The notes beneath the pieces are model-generated. The model had not been told where the DNA came from. It saw only the letters and a program-made list of their open reading frames with translations, and searched no databases. The translations under genes were made by a program, and so were the position numbers. From a bacterium (GTDB lineage: Bacteria > Patescibacteriota > Minisyncoccia > CAYZDR01): DNA of 37,747 nt. Shown piece by piece: positions 31,477 through 37,747 of this stretch (within the stretch, counting starts at the first letter, position 1; every line of letters begins with the position of its first letter). The stretch is taken from positions 1 to 37,747 of the forward strand of contig JAZDGL010000018.1 in assembly GCA_043806975.1 (NCBI GenBank). Direction: 5' to 3'.

Positions 31477-31510
31477 AATCTCGGCTAAACGCCGAGATTT
31501 TTGATTTTTT
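31477..31510 (+). terminator. rho-independent terminator
   Basis: AATCTCGGC-TAAAC-GCCGAGATT followed by TTTGATTTTTT. Confidence 0.8.
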
Positions 31511-31547
31511 GGAAAGTTTTTTAACAATCAACCAAAGGAGTTGCAAA

Positions 31548-32087
31548 ATGCTTAAAGGAGAAAAAGTTCTTTTGAGGCCAATTAAAAAGTCTGACATTTA
31601 TAATCTTGCTACTTGGGTAAATGATCAAGAAGTAAATCAATTTACTTCGCATGATCTTCCAATGGCTGAGGTAATGGAAGAACAATGGTTTGAGAAAAAA
31701 GTAGCAAGAACTGATAGCGTTATTTTAGTTGTTGAAGCAATTGATTGCGAAGAGCCAAAACCCATAGGTTCTTGTGGGATTCATGGGATACATATGATTT
31801 ACAGAAATGCTGGCTTTGGGATTATGATAGGGGAAAAAGACTATTGGGAAAAAGGATATGGATCGGAAGCCGCTCAGCTTATCATCAATTTCGCTTTTTA
31901 TCGACTTAACTTAAATCGTATTTCTTCTGCAGTTCTGGATTTTAATCCGCGGAGCCTAGCTTTGCATAAAAAGCTGGGTTTTAAGGAAGAGGGGAGAAAA
32001 AGAGAATCTTTTTACAAAAATGGCAGATATTGCGACGAGATAATTTTTGGTCTTTTGCGAAAAGAATGGGAGGAGATGAAAAAATAA
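31548..32087 (+). CDS. GNAT family N-acetyltransferase (RimJ/RimL-like)
   Basis: MLKGEKVLLRPIKKSDIYNLATW... and WEKGYGSEA. AAGGAG lies 7 nt before the ATG at 31548. The track's TTG at 31509 lies inside the upstream terminator T-tract. Confidence 0.85.
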   Translation: MLKGEKVLLRPIKKSDIYNLATWVNDQEVNQFTSHDLPMAEVMEEQWFEKKVARTDSVILVVEAIDCEEPKPIGSCGIHGIHMIYRNAGFGIMIGEKDYWEKGYGSEAAQLIINFAFYRLNLNRISSAVLDFNPRSLALHKKLGFKEEGRKRESFYKNGRYCDEIIFGLLRKEWEEMKK

Positions 32088-32105
32088 TTTTAGGCATAAG
32101 ACAAA

Positions 32106-32137
32106 ATACAGCGAATAAAAATTCGCTGTATTTTTTT
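32106..32137 (+). terminator. rho-independent terminator
   Basis: ATACAGCGAAT-AAAA-ATTCGCTGTAT followed by a 7-T run. Confidence 0.85.
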
Positions 32138-32138
32138 A

Positions 32139-32245
32139 CCCCCTCTTAATCTCCCCCTTGTAAAAGGGGAGAGGATTAGAAAATAATCCCGAACTATTTT
32201 AAAAAGAGGGAAAATTTGATGACTTGTTTTGCGGCAAAAGTGTAT
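32139..32245. repeat. degenerate Family-A remnant
   Basis: CCCTCTTAATCTCCCCCTTGTAAAAGGGGAGAGGATTAG cassette plus a right-TIR-like TTGTTTTGCGGCAAAAG. No left TIR is present. Confidence 0.55.
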
Positions 32246-32443
32246 TATAAAAATAGGGAAGCGCCATAAAAATAAGCGCTGTTGCGGCGCTTGAAATTCC
32301 GTCGTTCGCCACAGGTGCAAGCAAGCTTGCGCCTGTGGGCTCGCTAGGAATTATAAAAAATCCACCCTGTGGATAACTTTTAGGCTATGTCGCACAATGT
32401 ATCTTGTGCGACATAAAAACAGGATATTTGGAGAAGTGCTTAA

Positions 32444-33163
32444 TTATAGATTTTTTCCTGGTCTTTCTCTTCTTATAACGGCAATCGGAGTTTGCTCGTT
32501 GGATTGCCCTAACGGGTTATCTTGAAATATCTTTTTGATAATTTCTTTACTTATCTCATCTGATGCCCCTAAAACATCAACTCCCATATCGCAAGCGTCA
32601 ATTATAACCGTTTGGCATCCTAACAGTCGTGACAGCTCTTGCGCCGTAATTTTAGGATCAGCAGGACATTTAAAATAGTAGTTATTGTATGGCGATATCG
32701 TATAGTTTGCCGGTCCGCTTACAGAAAGCGCTTTTTGCCCAGCTACGCGATAAAAGATACCTTTGAGCCTAAAAGGCTTGGTAAGGGCGCTTAAAACGGC
32801 TGCCAGGACTATCCTAAACCTTCCAGACTCATCAATGGCAAGCTGCATAGCCTCAGGCGTTCCTAGAACGGTTCCAATTTTGGGGCTTTTTTTAACGAAT
32901 TTAGAAAAAACTTTTGCTAGGCGAGTCGGCGTAATTTCTTCTGGCAAATATGCTCTTTTTTGGGTAATGGAAACAATTTTTTTAGAAAAAACCGCCAAGT
33001 CATCGTGTCGCACAATATCTTTTAGATATTTCTTCGCTATCGCCAAAAGGTTGTCGTCCTTGCCAATGAGGTGCGTTTTAATTGGATAGCGGTAAAAATA
33101 CTCCCCTGCAATTTCAATTATTAACTTCTTATTTTGGTTTGGTTTAATGTTCTTTATATCCAT
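32444..33163 (-). CDS. possible CofE-like (F420-0:gamma-glutamyl ligase family) protein
   Basis: 239 aa. The DDLAVFSKKIVSITQKRAY and VIIDACDMGVDVLGAS segments resemble the family pattern. This is assigned from memory of the motifs only. Confidence 0.4.
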   Translation of the reverse strand: MDIKNIKPNQNKKLIIEIAGEYFYRYPIKTHLIGKDDNLLAIAKKYLKDIVRHDDLAVFSKKIVSITQKRAYLPEEITPTRLAKVFSKFVKKSPKIGTVLGTPEAMQLAIDESGRFRIVLAAVLSALTKPFRLKGIFYRVAGQKALSVSGPANYTISPYNNYYFKCPADPKITAQELSRLLGCQTVIIDACDMGVDVLGASDEISKEIIKKIFQDNPLGQSNEQTPIAVIRRERPGKNL

Positions 33164-33226
33164 ATTTTTAGCTTTTATCTAGCTCCCCTTCTGCATTAAA
33201 AACGCGCCTTTCTAATTTTTCAGACT

Positions 33227-34534
33227 TTATTTTTTGTGATAAATAATTAACTGATCAACTTGCGTTCCGCATCCTCCGTAAAGAATTGAGATATTTTCTC
33301 GTGAAGAATCCAAGTAGATATTTGGTCCAAAATATGGGTCGTGCACAACATATTTCCCATTTGATTTGTCTTTTCCCGCAACAACCACATAATGCCCGCC
33401 TGTTCCGTTGGTTCTTTTAATGAAGACAATCACAGGGTATCCCAAAGAAAGCTCTTCGTCCACCCTATTCCAGTCCACCAAAGAACGGGATTTGTTGTAT
33501 ATTAGTTCAATAGTCCCTAATTCCTGTGGCCATTTGATTAAATCTTTGTAGAATATAGGCTGTTTTGCCAAAATTCCCGGATTTGTATCAACTCCATTGT
33601 ATTTTGCTATCATCGCCACAGAAGAAACGGCGCATCCATATCTTCCTAGCGTTGATCGCGAATGCCCGATTGTGGTATTTTTCCACCTTGCGTCATTTTG
33701 GCGAAAATACCAGCTGGTGGAAGCAACCCCCGAAGTTGGGCTTAATTGCCTGCTTTTCGCCTTTGCCAATTCTTCCGATTTCTGTTTTTCCAGTTCTTCT
33801 AAATCTCCTAGTATTTCCGATTTCTGCTTATCAACCTCTGTTAGTAGGTTTTTGTATTCTTTCTCTTGCCCTTTTGTAATAAAAAGCAGTCCGTCTTTAC
33901 TTCTTTTTTGTTCATTTAATACGCTTTTTTGATATTCTTGCTGCTGTTTTAAAACAACCGTCGCCGATTTTTTGTCTTCAACTGTTTGTTTTGAAGTTTG
34001 AAGCTCCTGTCTTTTGTCTTTTAATTTTTCTATGGATGATTTTAGGTCGCCCTGCAAATTTTTTAAATACTCAACTTGGTTTAAAAAGTCGGAGAGAGTG
34101 TTATTATTCAGTAAAGTTGAAAACATTTCCGTATTGTCGTATTCATATATTTTTTTAAGCGATTGGGAAAGATATTTTTTGTTTTCTGATATTTCTGCCT
34201 CTTTAACTCCAATTTCGGCGCTTAAATCGTTTGTCTCAATTGTTAAAATTTCAATTTGGTTTGTGGTTAAATCAATGTTGGCTTCCATTTCGGAAATTTC
34301 CGCTTCCATAATTTCAATTTGGTTGGTCAGGCTTTCAACCTCTTTTTTCTTTTGGCTAATTAAAGTATTGTATTTTTTTGCTCTTGCTTCAAGTTCTTTT
34401 GAAAGCTGTTGTTTTTTTGAAATTTCCGAATTGATCCGATCGAGCGTGTCGGAATAAACAGGCTTAAATGGAATAAATAAAACAATAATTATAATGGTTA
34501 GAATTTTTATTTTTGATATTTTCCTAAAATTCAT
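33227..34534 (-). CDS. PcsB/EnvC-like secreted coiled-coil protein with a C-terminal papain-like (C39-like/CHAP-like) cysteine peptidase domain
   Basis: Signal anchor, about 250 aa of heptad-rich coiled coil, then RYGCAVSSVAMIA ... GGHYVVVAG ... HDPYFG. The start overlaps the gltX stop (ATGA). Confidence 0.65.
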   Translation of the reverse strand: MNFRKISKIKILTIIIIVLFIPFKPVYSDTLDRINSEISKKQQLSKELEARAKKYNTLISQKKKEVESLTNQIEIMEAEISEMEANIDLTTNQIEILTIETNDLSAEIGVKEAEISENKKYLSQSLKKIYEYDNTEMFSTLLNNNTLSDFLNQVEYLKNLQGDLKSSIEKLKDKRQELQTSKQTVEDKKSATVVLKQQQEYQKSVLNEQKRSKDGLLFITKGQEKEYKNLLTEVDKQKSEILGDLEELEKQKSEELAKAKSRQLSPTSGVASTSWYFRQNDARWKNTTIGHSRSTLGRYGCAVSSVAMIAKYNGVDTNPGILAKQPIFYKDLIKWPQELGTIELIYNKSRSLVDWNRVDEELSLGYPVIVFIKRTNGTGGHYVVVAGKDKSNGKYVVHDPYFGPNIYLDSSRENISILYGGCGTQVDQLIIYHKK

Positions 34535-36078
34535 AATAAAATTTTTAATTTTTGTATCCCCTCCCCAATTCTTTCAATCGATTTATCTTTTCCTAATACC
34601 CATGCAACCTCAAAGGGAGTTGGCGACTTATCTGCTCCTGTGAGGGCATAGCGCATTGGCCAAAGCATATTTCCCTTGCCTGCTTTTTCTGCTTTCGGAG
34701 TAATTTTTGCTTCTAAATTTTCTTTCGTCCAATCGTTTTCGGGGATTTCGGATAAAATATCTTGGATTGTTTCTAGATTTTTTATGGTCTCTTCTTTGTT
34801 AGATTTTTTCCAAATAAGTTTTTCCGCCGAATAATCAATTTTATCAAATAAAAAGAAATCAATATTTTCCGTAATATCTGAAAGTTTTTTAATCCGTTCC
34901 CGTTCTATGGAAACGATTTTTTTGATATATTCTTTATCTGAAATTTTTTCAATAAATTTTTGACATTGCCTACCGGCAGGCAGGTTTTTGATCCCTCGGA
35001 TTAACTCGGGACAAGCTTTTGTTTTTTGATTTTCTATAAATGGCGCGCATCTTTCTGCTAGTTCTTCTAAATCCATTTTCTTAATATACTGCCCATTAAA
35101 CCAATCTAGTTTTTCGTAGCTGAAAATTGGCGCGGCTTTATTCACCTTGGATAAATCAAAATTTTCAATTAGTTCTTCTTTTGAAAATATCTCTTGTTCG
35201 GTTTTTGGGTTCCATCCCAAAAAAGCGATATAATTTATAATCGCTTCTGGCAAATACCCTTGTTCTTGAAAATCGGAAACTTTTGTGCTGCCGTGCCGCT
35301 TGGATAGTTTTTTCTTATCCGAACCCAAAATAACTGGCAGATGCGCGTATTGAGGCGCTTCCCAGCCAAACGCTTCAAATAAAGCGAGATGCTTTGGCGC
35401 GCTAGCAATCCATTCTTCTCCGCGAACAATATGGGTAGTTTTCATTAAATAATCGTCAACTATATGAGCAAAGTGATATGTTGGATAGCCATCAGATTTC
35501 AGTAAAACGGGATCGTCAATCAATTTTCCGTCAAATTCTATTTTGCCATAAACAATGTCTTCCAAAATATATTTTTTATCAGGCATTTTAAATCGGATTA
35601 CAAAAGGCTGCCCGTCTTCAATTTTCTTTTTGGCTTCTTCCGAAGATAATTTTAAGCAGGCGCGATCATACATTGGCGCTTGTTTGTTTTTTTCTTGCTC
35701 TTTTCGCAAATCTTCAAGCCGTTCAGGCGAGCAAAAACAATAATAAGCTATTCCCTTTTCAATAAGTTCATTTGTGTATTTTTTGTAAATATCTAGCCGT
35801 TTGCTTTGGATATATGGGCCAAAATCCCCTTTTTCTTTTCCATTTTTATCAATTACGCCTTCATCCCAATTTATTCCAATCCATTTTAAACTTTCAATTA
35901 TTGCTTCTAGCCCTTCTGGATCAAATCTTTGTTGGTCGGTGTCTTCAATTCTTAGAAAAAATTCCCCCTTATTTTTATGCGCAAAAAGCCACGCAAAAAG
36001 CGCGGTGCGAACGCCGCCGATATGCATTTTTCCTGTTGGCGATGGAGCGAAACGAGTTCTGACCATATTTTTTGTCAT
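34531..36078 (-). CDS. gltX: glutamate--tRNA ligase
   Basis: RFAPSPTGKMHIGGVRTALF (HIGH motif) and KLSKRHG (KMSKS motif). The first ATG (36078) lies inside a REP unit; the ATG at 36066 is an alternative start. Confidence 0.93.
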   Translation of the reverse strand: MTKNMVRTRFAPSPTGKMHIGGVRTALFAWLFAHKNKGEFFLRIEDTDQQRFDPEGLEAIIESLKWIGINWDEGVIDKNGKEKGDFGPYIQSKRLDIYKKYTNELIEKGIAYYCFCSPERLEDLRKEQEKNKQAPMYDRACLKLSSEEAKKKIEDGQPFVIRFKMPDKKYILEDIVYGKIEFDGKLIDDPVLLKSDGYPTYHFAHIVDDYLMKTTHIVRGEEWIASAPKHLALFEAFGWEAPQYAHLPVILGSDKKKLSKRHGSTKVSDFQEQGYLPEAIINYIAFLGWNPKTEQEIFSKEELIENFDLSKVNKAAPIFSYEKLDWFNGQYIKKMDLEELAERCAPFIENQKTKACPELIRGIKNLPAGRQCQKFIEKISDKEYIKKIVSIERERIKKLSDITENIDFFLFDKIDYSAEKLIWKKSNKEETIKNLETIQDILSEIPENDWTKENLEAKITPKAEKAGKGNMLWPMRYALTGADKSPTPFEVAWVLGKDKSIERIGEGIQKLKILL

Positions 36079-36198
36079 TCCGAACGGAACGGAGTGGAGT
36101 GAGGAATCTCTTCAAAAATATTAGCAATGATCAAATATAAATTTTGAAAATACTATTAAAGAGATCCCCCTCTCCCCTTCGGGTCGTTCGGGATGACA
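36074..36198. repeat. Family-B REP-like inverted pair spanning the WecG-like/gltX junction
   Basis: GTCATTCCGAACGGAACGGAGTGGAGTGAGGAATCTCTTC (36074-36113) and AAGAGATCCCCCTCTCCCCTTCGGGTCGTTCGGGATGACAG (36158-36198). Confidence 0.75.
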
Positions 36199-37034
36199 GA
36201 AGTGTTGTTTTTTATTTTTAACTTTAAAATTTGCCAGCTAAACACTCCCGCTGCATTCCATATTCTTTTTATCCTTCTCGGCTGCCTAAATAGTCGCCAC
36301 AACCATTCTATCCCTCTTTTTTGCATCCATTTTGGCGCGCGCTTTATGCTTCCAGATAAAAAATCAAAACTTCCACCTACCCCCATTGCAAATTTTACTG
36401 ATGGTAAATATGGTAAATTTCGACTTATCCATTTTTCCTGTTTTGAGCCGGGATTTCCATAGGCGACAAATAATATATTCGGCTGCGCTTGGTTTATGAT
36501 TTCCCGCGTTTTTTTGTCGTTTTGGATGTCCGGAGAGCCTTCATAAGTTTCGACTACGGTATTTGGATATTTTTCTTTTATTTTTTTTGCAGCGCCATTA
36601 TATCCGCCTATCAAAAAAATTCTAATAGGACAATTTGTAATTCGCAGTTCGCAGTTCGTAATTTTTTTAACTATATTAACTCCGCTCACCTTTTCTTTGA
36701 TGACTGATCTGCAATAAGATGGTAAAAATATCAAGCTTGCTCCCGTATAAATATATTGTATCACGATTTGAAGATTTCGTAAAATCTTAAAACGGCTTGT
36801 TTGGAGTGATAAAAATTTTGCCGCCCATAGAATGCCGATTCCGTCTGCAACGACTAAATCGGCATTGTTGATTATATTTTTAAACTGCTCGTCTTTTTGC
36901 GCTTCAAGGACATATTCAGGGTTTAGCGTAATAATGCGGTGTTGCGCGGGTGAATTTAAAAATTCAGATATTTTTTTAAAAATTTGATTGTAATCTAAAT
37001 TTGAAATTTTTATCTCTAAAATTTTGCTATCCAT
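36156..37034 (-). CDS. WecG/TagA/CpsF family glycosyltransferase
   Basis: ITLNPEYVLEAQKD, VVADGIGILWAAKF and FLIGG motifs. The ATG at 37034 (MDSKIL...) is preferred over the TTG at 37043. The last ~14 codons are read from a REP unit. Confidence 0.82.
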   Translation of the reverse strand: MDSKILEIKISNLDYNQIFKKISEFLNSPAQHRIITLNPEYVLEAQKDEQFKNIINNADLVVADGIGILWAAKFLSLQTSRFKILRNLQIVIQYIYTGASLIFLPSYCRSVIKEKVSGVNIVKKITNCELRITNCPIRIFLIGGYNGAAKKIKEKYPNTVVETYEGSPDIQNDKKTREIINQAQPNILFVAYGNPGSKQEKWISRNLPYLPSVKFAMGVGGSFDFLSGSIKRAPKWMQKRGIEWLWRLFRQPRRIKRIWNAAGVFSWQILKLKIKNNTSVIPNDPKGRGGSL

Positions 37035-37132
37035 AAAATACAATATAAATTAGATTTCTTTTCATTTTTATGGTAGCATAATTTAGAATTATTTTGCATC
37101 TTGACAATTAAATTATTTTGGGGAGGGAAGAG

Positions 37133-37354
37133 ATGAAGTATGGAGTAAAGGGGATTGAAAGAGATAATTTTTGTCGTAAAAGTCAAGGAAAATTTATTTG
37201 TTTTGCAGATGGAAATTTTGCTATTTGCAAATTTTGTTTTATGTCCTTAATACAGGGACAAAAAGAAAGGTGTTTTTATTTTGAAAATGAGAGATGCACA
37301 AATTCTAGTGCTAAAATTTCTGCATCATCTGTATCACAGGAAGAAAAAATTTAA
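37133..37354 (+). CDS. hypothetical small cysteine-rich protein (73 aa)
   Basis: GGGAGGG lies 5 nt before the ATG. There are seven Cys residues (FCRK, ICFADGNFAICKFC, RCFYFENERC). Confidence 0.5.
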   Translation: MKYGVKGIERDNFCRKSQGKFICFADGNFAICKFCFMSLIQGQKERCFYFENERCTNSSAKISASSVSQEEKI

Positions 37355-37365
37355 GTCAATTACTA

Positions 37366-37394
37366 TTGACTTAGTAGTTTTTTTGGTGTAGAAT
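37366..37394 (+). promoter_or_regulatory. sigma70-type promoter
   Basis: TTGACT (37366-37371), 17 nt, TAGAAT (37389-37394). Confidence 0.5.
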
Positions 37395-37452
37395 GATTAT
37401 TGATAATGAGATGATGTTTTTTGACAAAAATTTTACTGAAAGAGGTCGCGAT

Positions 37453-37518
37453 ATGCAAAAGATGAAAGATTTTTTTCTAAGAATTTATTTATTCGTTTTA
37501 TCACTAGTGTCCGCTTAA
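37453..37518 (+). CDS. candidate 21-aa hydrophobic peptide (leader peptide or small membrane peptide)
   Basis: AAAGAGG lies 7 nt before the ATG. The peptide is MQKMKDFFLRIYLFVLSLVSA, about 60 nt downstream of the promoter. Confidence 0.2.
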   Translation: MQKMKDFFLRIYLFVLSLVSA

Positions 37519-37619
37519 AAATTTAGAGATCCTTTAAAATCATATAAATTAAGACAAATACTAAAGATACACCTATTTTAGCAAAGACAAGCTTGCCTAA
37601 AATCTAATATTGGAGTATT

Positions 37620-37747
37620 ATGAAGAATAAGCCACTTATTTCTGTCATTATTCCCGCCAGAAATGAATTCCCTAACATAGTCCATACCCTTTACTCAATA
37701 GTCCATTGCTTAGAAGCAGATGGATTTTCGTATAAGGACTTTGAAAT
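37620..37747 (+). CDS. glycosyltransferase family 2, N-terminal fragment running off the window
   Basis: MKNKPLISVIIPARNEFPNIVHTLYSIVHCLEADGF... with TGGAG upstream of the ATG. Confidence 0.7.
   Translation, partial: MKNKPLISVIIPARNEFPNIVHTLYSIVHCLEADGFSYKDFE

Noticed and set aside
475-32245. Whether the recurring short palindromic cassettes constitute a CRISPR array
   Set aside because: The repeats are not of constant length or sequence and are not interleaved with unique spacers of regular size. They occur as isolated 90-170 bp elements scattered across 32 kb. No cas genes are present apart from a lone Cas4-like nuclease fold.
34960-35020. Possible in-frame repeat insertions in gltX (KACPELIRGIKNLPAGRQCQ), in the WecG-like gene (ITNCELRITNC, 36630-36670) and in GT9 (YQISNMKNQKQ, 17560-17600)
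   Set aside because: The sequences look repeat-like, but I found no second copy in the window, and the protein lengths around them are compatible with normal family architecture. This cannot be supported without a genome-wide repeat search or alignments.
1-37747. Alternative genetic code (UGA recoding as in some candidate phyla)
   Set aside because: Conserved genes terminate at full length on TGA (lgt at 8222-8224, gltX at 34531-33). No conserved gene is interrupted by an in-frame TGA, so the standard bacterial code fits.

Overview
This is an AT-rich, gene-dense bacterial chromosomal segment using the standard genetic code. No rRNA genes, CRISPR arrays, transposases or integrases were seen. 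The gene content is most consistent with a small-genome, fermentative Patescibacteria/CPR-like organism; that placement is inference from gene content only.

Gene order:
- 5' edge: a helicase fragment and one hypothetical gene.
- Truncated dcw cluster: mraZ-rsmH-ftsL-ftsI-murF.
- tRNA-Glu on the reverse strand.
- Envelope and redox block: lgt, a two-domain DsbA-like protein, tRNA-CAU, and a thioredoxin fused to a CcdA-like membrane domain.
- Minimal [FeFe]-hydrogenase pair: a NuoF-like protein plus HydA.
- Several hypothetical genes, including a split HExxH gene.
- Cell-surface glycan cluster: methyltransferase, GT9, O-antigen-ligase-like protein, GT2, LCP, GT2 and CtpA.
- rplI, pyrG and rpmA.
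- Small accessory islet: Fe-S PD-(D/E)XK nuclease, MNT/HEPN toxin-antitoxin pair and a VanX-like dipeptidase.
- About 0.7 kb of non-coding sequence with two consensus promoters.
- GNAT, a CofE-like gene, a PcsB-like hydrolase, gltX, a WecG/TagA-like gene, and a glycosyltransferase running off the 3' edge.

The most unusual content is non-genic. At least four families of nested palindromic repeats fill almost every intergenic gap. One cassette is inserted in frame inside pyrG. There is also an orphan promoter-to-terminator unit, a structured leader, a phased MraZ-box array, and several apparently leaderless gene starts.
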